39,813 bases of DNA from an uncultured Rikenellaceae bacterium (GTDB lineage: Bacteria; Bacteroidota; Bacteroidia; Bacteroidales; Rikenellaceae): NCBI GenBank assembly GCA_947038135.1, contig CAMQVM010000001.1, positions 1 to 39,813 of the forward strand, in the 5' to 3' direction. The notes below the pieces were generated by a model, which was given only the letters and a program-made list of their open reading frames with translations, did not search any database and was not told the origin of the DNA. Below, one piece after another: positions 19,255 through 28,267 of the stretch (positions are counted from its first letter, which is position 1; every line of letters begins with the position of its first letter). The translations under genes were made by a program, and so were the position numbers.

Positions 19255-22200
19255 TTTTAAGTACTGTTTTTGTGATATCTACACCCAATGCGACAACATT
19301 AGCATAAGGAACTGCCTTAGAGATTAAAGACATTGCCGACCTACTCGCAACACCCTTAGCAGTCGATACAGCAATTTGTTTGATTCTTTCGTTTTGAATG
19401 CCTTTAACATTTTTGTACATTTTTATGCTCTTAATAGTTGTTTGATATGCTTTTTTATGCCCTTGTAATTCTGTATCAGTGGTCGAATATATAGCAGTTA
19501 TTGCCGCTCTCTTTAAATTATACCCCAATGCCTGTGCCATTGTTCTTTGCTCCAACATAACAAATTTATCCTCATTGAGATTATTATACTCTTTTGTTTT
19601 AGGAACAAACATTTTTCCACTCATGTAGTACGAATATTCTAATTTCGATATCTCTCGCTCTACGTCTTTGGCTCGCTTTTCATCTAGAGTAGGGTCAAAA
19701 GCTTTTTTACCTTCTTTTATATACACCTGTTCAACTTTATTTTTAGCCGCAATCTCAATGTTTTTGTAATCGTCCCTATTCAGAGTTTCAAAGTTATTGC
19801 GAGCGAATTTATTTTTATCAATATTTGCATAATCAATTCCTTGAATTTTAGGAACATTAATTATACCCTCTCGGTAGTAGAGGTTCTCCATCCTATTACT
19901 CTCAGTTCTTGTTCTCTCTTCAATCTCTTTTGGTGTTAGATTTTCGTATTTATTGTTGATTTTATCTTCTACAATTTTCTTGATAACATCTATGTCAATG
20001 CAGTTCAAAGGTTCAATATTTGACGTTTTGAATTTTGATAAATCTACATCTTGATAATCTCCTTTTGGGAGTAAAAATTCTACTCTACTTTTGATCGTTT
20101 TTCTCGTGACACCGAATAGAAATTTTTTTTCTGTTATTTTGGGGCTTCTATCCTTGGCGTAATATTTATACTCCAGCTTATTATACTCTCTTTCAATTAG
20201 CTTTGTTTTCTCCTCAATAGGCATATCACTTGGTGATTTTGCATTAACAATATGAGTAGCAACATCATGCAAAACTCTGTAATCGGCTTTATCCAAAGTT
20301 TGACCAGTCGACACGAGAAATTTTTCCTTGTCACAAGTAAGACCAAGATTTGGAATTGCTAGTTCTGAACGTAGGTAGTATGTATTTTCTAATACTTTCA
20401 TCTCTTTGTTAATCAATTCAATCCTATCAGCTTTATCAATATTAGGATTTAGTTCTGAAATTTTATACTCTGCCACCTCGCTTAGCACTTTGATATCCTT
20501 TGCAGTGAGCATTTTGGCTTCTGAAAATACCGCTTTATCAAACGTCACATCAACATCTTTAGGCACAGATATATTACCGTTATTCATATATTGATACCGC
20601 ATTTTTTCAACATCACTATATATTTGACGACTACGTTCCTTTTCCTCCAAGTCTAATTCCTTTGCATCTATCTTAATAGTTGCAATTTCTTTCATTTTGC
20701 CATAATCTGCACTTGTCAATGGCTTGTGTTCAGATATCTTAAACTTACTGTTTAATTCTACATCTGTATTGTACACGTACATCTCTCCAGTAGCAGCATA
20801 ATTTTTTTCCATCGACACAATTTCACTATATATCAACCTCTCTTTTTCCAAATCTTCTAACAATACATTATCATATCTAGCCTCTATTTTCTGCTCTGCC
20901 ACTGCAAACATAAGCTTATAATCAGCACTATTCAAATCAATTGCTCTACTGCTATCATCAATTACTCCAGTGTTATAATATACCCCCTCTAATGTTCTAA
21001 CTCCTCTCTCTATATAATAGTCACCTTTAAATTCCTTAAAGTTATCTCCAAGTCGCATATTAACCTGCGAAGAGGCTATATCATTGATTAAAGCATAATC
21101 TTCCTTTGTCAACGAGCGATACTCGGAGATAGCGAATTTAGTAGCATCACAATCAACACCTATATTAGGAATGATTAATCTATCATCTGCATTGTCGTAA
21201 GCATTTTTAATCTGCCATTTTTCTTTATTAATAAGATTGTATTTTTCCTTGTTTGTAAGATTTTCAGCGTAGGTATTAACCTTATAAATTGCTAATGCTT
21301 CAACGAAATCATTATCTAATTTAGTAAATGCCCTCTTTTCAGTAACATGAAAAATTTCTTTTTCATTAATATCAAAATCAACCTTATTGATAGATATATC
21401 CCCCCTATTGTAATATTGAGATTCTAAACGGTTATACTCTTTTTTGCACTCTTTGTCAAACCTATTTTTGTCAATAGTCATTGTATTAGTTGAATCGACA
21501 TGATAATTAGTTACATTGAAATGTGCTATTTTCTTAATTGTAATTATTTCTTTTTCTGATAAGATTCTATAATTAGTGAACACAAATTTACTTTTGTCAA
21601 TTGTTTCTGGTATTATTAAATCTTTAATCGCTGGTACATTAATAATACCTGTGCTATAATAGCTCATTTTCATTCTTCTAATACCTGTTAATACATCATT
21701 TTTATTATGTTTAGCCTCTGCAATAGTCTTAATAAAATCTAATTCTATACCAGTTATAGCATTGTAATTAACAACCTTGTAAACATCACTTAATGGTGGC
21801 ATTTCTTGCGAAAATCCTAAATCTTTTATCGCCTGAGGCAATGTTATCTCCCCAGTGCTACAGTAGCATTTTAACAATTCTTCTACATCCTTAGGTATGA
21901 TTATAGTTCCAGTGGTATAATAGCCAAACTCTATACTTTCATAACTGGTTAAAGCGTATTTGGGTGCGACACTCCCCTCTTCTATGCTCTTATAAATCTC
22001 GGCTAGCGCAATCATTTCATTTCTCAGCTCTGCATCTACATACTGAATTGGCACATGATTAAATATGTGATTACTTGGTATGCTCTCTTCGTTAATCGTC
22101 ACTAAACAATCAGTTGATTTATTAACATAAACATTTATCTTACCTGTTGATAAAAATTCATCGAATATTTTTTTGATGTTGTTTTCGATATCATTAGTAA

Positions 22201-24928
22201 TATCTGTGTACATTTCTCTTTTTAAATCAACATTAGCAACACTAATGTACCTCTCTTCTCGAGCTTTAGCATATGCCAAAGTAATTATTTCCGTACTATA
22301 TTCCTGTCCTAACACTGTTAATTCTGCTTGTCGACTATGATTCGACAGTACTTTATTAAGTAACGAATTACTATTAATATATTTAGTTTCTTTAATTTTA
22401 ATCATCTCATTGCGCATATCTACGAGTTGATCATGAACAAGTCGAATATCTTGCGGTCTATTGATATTGGTGTGTGTCCAATTTCTAAAGTTTAATTCAT
22501 GTATTTTATCATCGCTAATACTCGAGAGATAATTGTTATTTAACTGACTGGTTGATATAGAATCAACAGTTCTGAATATATTACTACCTGTACTTGCTTC
22601 TAGTGTTTCAATATACCCATCTTTATAATATGACAATTCCATTCGCTTTGCCTCTCTGAACAAAGCTGCTTGGTCACCACAATATTGCTTAGCATGGTTA
22701 TATATCTTCTCTATTTCTATTGCACTTAGGGGTCTATTTGCAGAAAGCAAAATAGCATCTTTCAAACAAACCCCACTATTTAATTCCTCTCCACCTAGTA
22801 ATTTTAGTGACATATCTATATAAGCATCATCTATTTTTGGAATATATATTGTACCTGTAGCCATATATTGCAGATACATCATTTCTCTATCAAGCTGAGA
22901 ATACCTGTCTAACTGAGCGGATGACAATTGTAAATGTGAATCTCTTATGATTTTATCTGTTGCAACCTTAATTGCTATATCTACTGTATTAGAATACTCT
23001 TCATTCTTTATTTCCATTGATTTTAGAGCATCATCATAAAATTTATGGTACATTACAACACCCTCTCTGTTAAAGCTGTATTTGTCTCTATCTTGAAATT
23101 CAAAATCATCTCTTTTTAAATTAACAGAATCGAAAGTTACACCCTCACTATTTAAATCGTTCATGCGCTCATTTCTTGATATATATAAGTTGTTGTCAAT
23201 ATGAAATAATTTTGATATTTTTTCATATTCATATAACCATTTATTTTCTATATCAGATATATTTTCCTTGATTGCCATATCGAGCCTAAGGCTGTCAATT
23301 ACTGAATCATTTGCTTTTTCTAAATAACCATTGGCTAACTGACTTGTAGATATAGCATTAACTTTTTTAAAGAGCTCTGCATTATCATCATTATATAATG
23401 TTTCAATATACCCATCTTTATAATATGACAACTCCATTCGCTTTGCCTCCTTGAATATAGATATTTCATCTTTACAATATAATTTTGCATGATTATTAAT
23501 GTGCAACATCTCTATATCAGACAACCACTTTTTTTCAGAAAATACAAATTTATCCTGATCACATTCTACTATCTCAAAATACTTGCGTGTCGCAATATTT
23601 ATCTTAGAAAATCGAGGAATCACAATAACACCATTAGCAGCATATTGGTTAATCATTAAAGCTATTTCTGCATCATTTTTATGAATATCTAAATTTAATC
23701 CACGTTCAACAAACAAGTAATTTTCTATTGCTTTTATATTTGTTCCATCTAATATATCTTGATTTGCGATAAACTCATTAGATGAATCAATTGGGTTATA
23801 TTCATCAAAAGATAACCTCGCATATCCATCTGCAAATGCTTCTATTTGACTATCACGGATTGAAAATACAGGTGATATCTCCCTCCATTCTCTGAGCTCT
23901 GCATCCCTCAATTCTCTGAGGTCTGTATCACTATGCGAAACCTCTTCTGAATATCTTGAACTTCTTTTTATTCTCTCTTCATTAATGCTTAACTCTCTAC
24001 CTTGACTTATCTTTTTTTGCTCTTTAAAATAACTATATGTTTCCTCGAATTTACGAGTAAAAAGAAAGTAATTATCAAAAGTATCTTCACACTGCTGATA
24101 CCATTTATCCCTATCAAACCCTACTTTAAAACTATTCTTACCAACTTTACCTGCGTGTCCTTTAGAATTTGCCATTGGACTTAATTTGGACTTACCCGAC
24201 TTACTTTTACGTGATACAATAATATGCACATGATAATTCTGATATGTAGATGGCTTAGGCATCATGTCCCTAATTGGTATATCTCGCCCTCCACTTATTA
24301 CTGTACTTTCCAATATTAACTGCTCATTGAGCTTTGTAATCCGATCGCTGTTAACCTCACCATTTGCGGCTAACTTCTCTATTTTTGAGTATATGACTTC
24401 ATTTTTTCTTACATCTTGACTGTCCTTTGACTTCCAATATCTTTCCCTCTCCGCTCTACCATACCACATTAAATCACTAGCATCATTGATGTTTTCACGC
24501 CCAAATGCTTTAGCGTAATTATCCATACTTTTGATAGTGTATTCTTTCATCAAAGTTTTCATGATTATCTCTTTTAGCTCATCATCGCTGAGTGACAAAT
24601 CATGTTCAATATCATTGTCTTTAATCTTCGCAAGCAGATTATCAGAAATATCGTTAAGATGCTCCAATTCTTTAGCAGATGGTGCTATCAGAATTGGGTA
24701 AAATCGGGCTTCTTCTTTCCCTATTCCTTGACAATTTCCATCGATATTTTGGTACACCTCCTCTGACTCAATTTTGATAGAAGAGTCGTTAAAAAAACAA
24801 TCTGCATCACTAACTACCTCCTTATCTAGGTAGTCAATGAATTGTTTCGACAATCTGTTTTCCTTGTCTAAATACTCTACTAATTCCTTTGCTTTTTCTG
24901 TTGTTGGAGCGATTATATTAACGTACAT
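19232..24928 (-). CDS. mobB: Giant relaxase fusion (1898 aa): N-terminal Bacteroidetes MobB-type relaxase domain (about aa 1-300) plus a ~1500-aa repeat array
   Basis: N-terminus MYVNIIAP...YLDKEN...ARFYPILIAPSAKELEHL...YHVHIIVSRKSKSGKSKLSP...FDRDKW matches the Bacteroidetes MobB/DUF5712-type relaxase pattern. The remainder is about 15 modules with an E...YY..G.I.VP signature. Confidence 0.8.
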   Translation of the reverse strand: MYVNIIAPTTEKAKELVEYLDKENRLSKQFIDYLDKEVVSDADCFFNDSSIKIESEEVYQNIDGNCQGIGKEEARFYPILIAPSAKELEHLNDISDNLLAKIKDNDIEHDLSLSDDELKEIIMKTLMKEYTIKSMDNYAKAFGRENINDASDLMWYGRAERERYWKSKDSQDVRKNEVIYSKIEKLAANGEVNSDRITKLNEQLILESTVISGGRDIPIRDMMPKPSTYQNYHVHIIVSRKSKSGKSKLSPMANSKGHAGKVGKNSFKVGFDRDKWYQQCEDTFDNYFLFTRKFEETYSYFKEQKKISQGRELSINEERIKRSSRYSEEVSHSDTDLRELRDAELREWREISPVFSIRDSQIEAFADGYARLSFDEYNPIDSSNEFIANQDILDGTNIKAIENYLFVERGLNLDIHKNDAEIALMINQYAANGVIVIPRFSKINIATRKYFEIVECDQDKFVFSEKKWLSDIEMLHINNHAKLYCKDEISIFKEAKRMELSYYKDGYIETLYNDDNAELFKKVNAISTSQLANGYLEKANDSVIDSLRLDMAIKENISDIENKWLYEYEKISKLFHIDNNLYISRNERMNDLNSEGVTFDSVNLKRDDFEFQDRDKYSFNREGVVMYHKFYDDALKSMEIKNEEYSNTVDIAIKVATDKIIRDSHLQLSSAQLDRYSQLDREMMYLQYMATGTIYIPKIDDAYIDMSLKLLGGEELNSGVCLKDAILLSANRPLSAIEIEKIYNHAKQYCGDQAALFREAKRMELSYYKDGYIETLEASTGSNIFRTVDSISTSQLNNNYLSSISDDKIHELNFRNWTHTNINRPQDIRLVHDQLVDMRNEMIKIKETKYINSNSLLNKVLSNHSRQAELTVLGQEYSTEIITLAYAKAREERYISVANVDLKREMYTDITNDIENNIKKIFDEFLSTGKINVYVNKSTDCLVTINEESIPSNHIFNHVPIQYVDAELRNEMIALAEIYKSIEEGSVAPKYALTSYESIEFGYYTTGTIIIPKDVEELLKCYCSTGEITLPQAIKDLGFSQEMPPLSDVYKVVNYNAITGIELDFIKTIAEAKHNKNDVLTGIRRMKMSYYSTGIINVPAIKDLIIPETIDKSKFVFTNYRILSEKEIITIKKIAHFNVTNYHVDSTNTMTIDKNRFDKECKKEYNRLESQYYNRGDISINKVDFDINEKEIFHVTEKRAFTKLDNDFVEALAIYKVNTYAENLTNKEKYNLINKEKWQIKNAYDNADDRLIIPNIGVDCDATKFAISEYRSLTKEDYALINDIASSQVNMRLGDNFKEFKGDYYIERGVRTLEGVYYNTGVIDDSSRAIDLNSADYKLMFAVAEQKIEARYDNVLLEDLEKERLIYSEIVSMEKNYAATGEMYVYNTDVELNSKFKISEHKPLTSADYGKMKEIATIKIDAKELDLEEKERSRQIYSDVEKMRYQYMNNGNISVPKDVDVTFDKAVFSEAKMLTAKDIKVLSEVAEYKISELNPNIDKADRIELINKEMKVLENTYYLRSELAIPNLGLTCDKEKFLVSTGQTLDKADYRVLHDVATHIVNAKSPSDMPIEEKTKLIEREYNKLEYKYYAKDRSPKITEKKFLFGVTRKTIKSRVEFLLPKGDYQDVDLSKFKTSNIEPLNCIDIDVIKKIVEDKINNKYENLTPKEIEERTRTESNRMENLYYREGIINVPKIQGIDYANIDKNKFARNNFETLNRDDYKNIEIAAKNKVEQVYIKEGKKAFDPTLDEKRAKDVEREISKLEYSYYMSGKMFVPKTKEYNNLNEDKFVMLEQRTMAQALGYNLKRAAITAIYSTTDTELQGHKKAYQTTIKSIKMYKNVKGIQNERIKQIAVSTAKGVASRSAMSLISKAVPYANVVALGVDITKTVLKNENTNEM

Positions 24929-24938
24929 TGATATTGAA

Positions 24939-25337
24939 TTACTTGTTATTGATGGCTTCTACAAACTTTTTTTTGCTACTCATATAATGGTATATGATCT
25001 GTCTTTTTGGGTGAAGTTTATTTATTTCGGACTCAATACTCTCTATGGATTCAAATAAAGGTGTACCGTATTTGACTATATCATCGGCATAATCTAACAT
25101 AATTTTCTTGCTCGTACAGTTATCACCACCCCACTCATTTTTTGCTATCAACACAGCTTCACACCTACTTGTAAATCGCCTTAATTGATGGATAGGAACA
25201 CAGGTGGGAGCATCATTATTTACTACAAACATCTCATTTTTAATCACCTGCTTTTGTATCTCTTCATCTGTTGAGTGAATCCAATTAACAAGCATCACGC
25301 CATCTAAATTTATTATGTTTACCTCTATCATAATCAC
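24939..25337 (-). CDS. Hypothetical protein, 132 aa, between the accessory gene and the relaxase
   Basis: Tightly packed in the mob operon (10-nt and 6-nt gaps). No motif recognised. Confidence 0.5.
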   Translation of the reverse strand: MIMIEVNIINLDGVMLVNWIHSTDEEIQKQVIKNEMFVVNNDAPTCVPIHQLRRFTSRCEAVLIAKNEWGGDNCTSKKIMLDYADDIVKYGTPLFESIESIESEINKLHPKRQIIYHYMSSKKKFVEAINNK

Positions 25338-25343
25338 TATTAA

Positions 25344-25946
25344 TTATTTTAACAACTCACTTATTCTTGACCTTAAATCACCCAATTCAGCCTCAGTAAA
25401 GGACCTCTTATAAACATGTACTTTACTCAATGTATCAAACTCCTTATCAAAAAGTGCTTCGTCCAGGACTGAATTTAAAATTATCTTTTTCAACTCACTT
25501 TTTACCGAACTATTCACATCATCAACAGGAGCTGACTTTGCCTGAGGTGTAAACTCATTTTCATCCTCATTCAAATATCCATCAATCTCTGCTTGTCTTT
25601 CTTCGTGAATTTTCTCTTCTTCTGACTGCCTATGTTTCTCTTGGTGATTTTCGGGGAACAAAGTAATCACTTTGGTTTTAATTTCTTTTACCTGTTCTTC
25701 AATAGGGCGAAAATACTGCTTACTTTGTCGCTTCATTTCCTTTAGAATTTCTCTGTTCCCCTCGTCTATTTTATTCTTGATTATTGCTAAACTCGTTGCT
25801 CCCTTATCATCCAAACGTATATCATTATCTATAAAAAAACTAATTGCTTTATCAACGGTTTGCAACATCGACCTATGTTCTCGAGAAGCTAAAGACTTAA
25901 TTTTATCCCTAGTGAGAGCTTCTACTCTAATCATCACATTTTCCAT
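25344..25946 (-). CDS. Putative relaxosome accessory protein with an RHH-like N-terminus (MobA/MobC-analogue)
   Basis: Start reassigned to MENVMIRVEALTRDKIKSLA... (beta strand then two helices). Acidic, coiled C-terminus. First gene of the mob operon. Confidence 0.5.
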   Translation of the reverse strand: MENVMIRVEALTRDKIKSLASREHRSMLQTVDKAISFFIDNDIRLDDKGATSLAIIKNKIDEGNREILKEMKRQSKQYFRPIEEQVKEIKTKVITLFPENHQEKHRQSEEEKIHEERQAEIDGYLNEDENEFTPQAKSAPVDDVNSSVKSELKKIILNSVLDEALFDKEFDTLSKVHVYKRSFTEAELGDLRSRISELLK

Positions 25947-26109
25947 TATTTTATCTTTTATTATACTAAAGTTATACATATTTTGACTGTAAATTAAGCA
26001 CTTATATTTCACATTTCAAAATTTGTATACATTTTATTTTTTTTGTATAACTATTCAATTTACCTATTATACTAATTTACACCTATTTAGCATTGTTCTA
26101 TGCTTTGTA

Positions 26110-26130
26110 GAATCGGACTTTGTCCGATTC
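26110..26130. promoter_or_regulatory. 9-bp inverted repeat GAATCGGAC-TTT-GTCCGATTC; candidate oriT hairpin or terminator
   Basis: Perfect hairpin in the gap upstream of the mob operon, abutting the G-rich repeats. Confidence 0.35.
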
Positions 26131-26133
26131 CCT

Positions 26134-26420
26134 CTTGATCTTTTTTTTGTCTTCAGGGTGGGATGTCTTGGATAGCTCAGATGGGTGGTGGGATGTCTTG
26201 GATGGCTCGGATGGGTGGGGGCTCGGATGGGTGGTGGGATGTCTTGATCTTTTTTTTGTCTTCAGGGTGGGATGTCTTGGATAGCTCAGATGGGTGGTGG
26301 GATGTCTTGGATGGCTCGGATGGGTGGGGGGATGTCTTGGATGGCTCGGATGGGTGGGGGGCTTGGATGGCTCGGATGGGCGGAACTGGTGGAGCTGGTG
26401 GATCTGGTGGAACTGCTGGT
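26134..26420 (+). repeat. G-rich nested tandem repeats: 109-bp unit x2 (26134-26242, 26243-26351) containing ~30-bp subrepeats GGGATGTCTTGGATRGCTCRGATGGGTGGKG, then 9-nt repeats GANCTGGTG x4
   Basis: Periodicity read directly. The strong G skew on the plus strand contrasts with the AT-rich surroundings. A canonical G4 motif is at 26213-26238. Confidence 0.9.
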
Positions 26421-26433
26421 TTTTCCTCTGAAA

Positions 26434-26538
26434 AAATACTTGTTTTTTTAAGTATTTACTTGTTTTATTCAAAATTTTTTTGTACCTTTGTAGGGATAAT
26501 TAACACTAACAAAAACACTAAAACTGTTTTGCTGACAG
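26434..26538 (+). promoter_or_regulatory. Promoter/leader cassette copy 1, with Bacteroidetes -7 box TACCTTTG at 26483-26490
   Basis: About 85 nt nearly identical to 26953-27037. The TAnnTTTG box is preceded by CTTG about 20 nt upstream. Ends 24 nt before the DUF2958 ATG. Confidence 0.6.
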
Positions 26539-26561
26539 CCTAAACAAAAGCAAAAAATATT

Positions 26562-26882
26562 ATGAAATTATTAACAGAAGAGTTAAAAACGAAGTTACAA
26601 AATTTTCCGCTTTATTCACAAGACAAAAAAGCAGATGAAGCAAAAGTGATTTGTAAATTTTTTACGCCTGTTGGCGAATTTAGATGGTATGTCATTGAGG
26701 GCGAATTTCAAGAAAACGACTGGATTTTTTTTGGTTTAGTTTTCAACGGTGATGATTCCGAATATGGATATTTTTCTTTAAACGAATTAACCGCTATCAA
26801 ACTCCCCTTTGGGCTTACAATTGAACGAGATTTATACTTTAGTGATAAAACTATAAGCGAAGTAAAGAAGTTACACAGGTAA
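26562..26882 (+). CDS. DUF2958-family protein, 106 aa
   Basis: KFFTPVGEFRWYVIEGE...FFGLV...EYGYFSLNEL...LPFGLTIERDLYF matches the DUF2958 signature common in conjugative-element leading regions. Confidence 0.8.
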   Translation: MKLLTEELKTKLQNFPLYSQDKKADEAKVICKFFTPVGEFRWYVIEGEFQENDWIFFGLVFNGDDSEYGYFSLNELTAIKLPFGLTIERDLYFSDKTISEVKKLHR

Positions 26883-26890
26883 TCAAAAAA

Positions 26891-26927
26891 TTAAAGAGAG
26901 TGTTTGAAAACACTCTCTTTAATTTTT
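26891..26927 (+). terminator. Intrinsic terminator after the DUF2958 gene
   Basis: 14-bp stem TTAAAGAGAGTGTT / AACACTCTCTTTAA plus TTTTT. Confidence 0.8.
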
Positions 26928-26929
26928 AT

Positions 26930-27037
26930 AAATACTTACTTGTTTTTATAAATATTTACTTGTTTTATTCGGTTTTTTTTTGTACCTTTGTAGGGATAAT
27001 TAACACTACAAAAACACTAAAACTGTTTTGCTGACAG
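26930..27037 (+). promoter_or_regulatory. Promoter/leader cassette copy 2, with -7 box TACCTTTG at 26983-26990
   Basis: Near-identical repeat of 26434-26538, followed by a 96-nt leader to the ATG at 27133. Confidence 0.6.
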
Positions 27038-27132
27038 AATAAACTTTCATCGTTAGCAACTTTAATTCAAAGTTAAAACCCAACCCAAGTTGGAAATACA
27101 CTAGAGAGCAAAATTTAGAATTTCATGATTGC

Positions 27133-27744
27133 ATGATTATGTGGTTGGAACTTATGGCAAAAAAAATCATGTATCAAAATTGGTGGGATGCTCTTGGCGA
27201 GATTTACGAAAACTGTGTAGTTTCCAAAAGTAAGGCAACCAGCACAGGGCAATTCTTTACACCTCCAACCGTATGTGATATGATGGCGCAAGTAATTAAC
27301 GGTACTGAGCCTATTTTTAACAAAGATATTTCTGACCCTACCTGTGGCAGTGGTCGCAATTTACTTGCCTTTAATGCTATTAATCCAGGTAATAACTTAT
27401 ATGCTGAGGATATCGACAAAACAAGCTGTTTAATGACAGTTGCCAACTTTCTAGTTCATGGCATTAAGGGGGAGGTTGTTTGGCATGATTCTTTGGCGGC
27501 TACTTCGTGGTTTGGCGGCTGGAAAGTGAACGAGTTTTTTCATAATCCATTCTCTGAACTGTGTAACTTTCCCCATATGCGCCCAATAGAGCAATGTGAT
27601 AGTTATATAATGGCTATGCGTACCGCTGACAAAGTTACCCTATCAGGAGAGGAGAAAGAGATAAAAAAACCTATATCTGAAACAATAAACAAAGTTGTGC
27701 AAGTTCCAAATGTTCAGTTATCATTTTGGGATTTAGACTACTAA
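27133..27744 (+). CDS. N6-adenine methyltransferase-like protein (203 aa) lacking the catalytic (N/D)PP(F/Y) motif
   Basis: Motif X GQFFTPPTV, motif I DPTCGSGRNLL and motif II-like YAEDID are present. VVWHDSL sits where NPPF/Y is expected. Alternative ATGs lie close to 27133. Confidence 0.65.
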   Translation: MIMWLELMAKKIMYQNWWDALGEIYENCVVSKSKATSTGQFFTPPTVCDMMAQVINGTEPIFNKDISDPTCGSGRNLLAFNAINPGNNLYAEDIDKTSCLMTVANFLVHGIKGEVVWHDSLAATSWFGGWKVNEFFHNPFSELCNFPHMRPIEQCDSYIMAMRTADKVTLSGEEKEIKKPISETINKVVQVPNVQLSFWDLDY

Positions 27745-27757
27745 AAATAAAAAAACC

Positions 27758-27787
27758 GCCTAACTACTTAACAGTAGTTAGGCTTTA
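27758..27787 (+). terminator. Intrinsic terminator
   Basis: 11-bp stem GCCTAACTACT / AGTAGTTAGGC followed by TTT. Confidence 0.7.
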
Positions 27788-27799
27788 AAATTAAAAATT

Positions 27800-28267
27800 A
27801 TGATTATTAAATGCTTTGTGTACCGCAAGAAAAATAGTAAATTGCCTGTAATTTCTTTCGATAAATTACCTCTTGAACAAGTGTCTTCAAAACGTGCTTT
27901 TACTGGCACAAAAGTAAAAATTGAAACTTTAAAAAGAGCCTTTGGCATTGAGCTTGCCACCAGCTCCAGCACCAAAGATGTAAATGATTATATAACTGAC
28001 AATATATATAATACTCCTAAATGGGGTAAGTATCACACAATCTATAAGATTGTGCATAGTGAGATAATCCCAAATATTGAATATCTAGCTTACCAGTATT
28101 ATTTGGAAGTAGATTTGCATGGCACAATAGATTTTGAAATTGAAAAAAGTAATATTATATATTTCATCATGTCCGAGCTAACTGGCAAGCAAGTACAAAC
28201 ATATAACGGTTTAAATAATCCTATTGTTGAAATGAAAAAAATATACCCCAATGCCTGTGCGATATAA
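27800..28267 (+). CDS. Hypothetical protein, 155 aa (leading-region orphan)
   Basis: Clean ORF between two terminators. No motif recognised. Confidence 0.5.
   Translation: MIIKCFVYRKKNSKLPVISFDKLPLEQVSSKRAFTGTKVKIETLKRAFGIELATSSSTKDVNDYITDNIYNTPKWGKYHTIYKIVHSEIIPNIEYLAYQYYLEVDLHGTIDFEIEKSNIIYFIMSELTGKQVQTYNGLNNPIVEMKKIYPNACAI

Noticed and set aside
20406-25986. Short plus-strand ORFs opposite the mob operon (20406-20594, 24002-24184, 24837-25058, 25672-25986)
   Set aside because: They are antisense to the long relaxase and accessory ORFs, and their compositionally biased peptides suggest they are not genes.
26098-26543. Two overlapping ORFs on opposite strands across the G-rich repeats (minus 124 aa, HPSHPRHP-rich; plus 126 aa, GW-rich)
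   Set aside because: The repeats lack stop codons in several frames on both strands. The minus ORF start lies in the promoter cassette, which is duplicated elsewhere without an ORF. The region is treated as a non-coding repeat, though a Pro/His-rich protein cannot be formally excluded.
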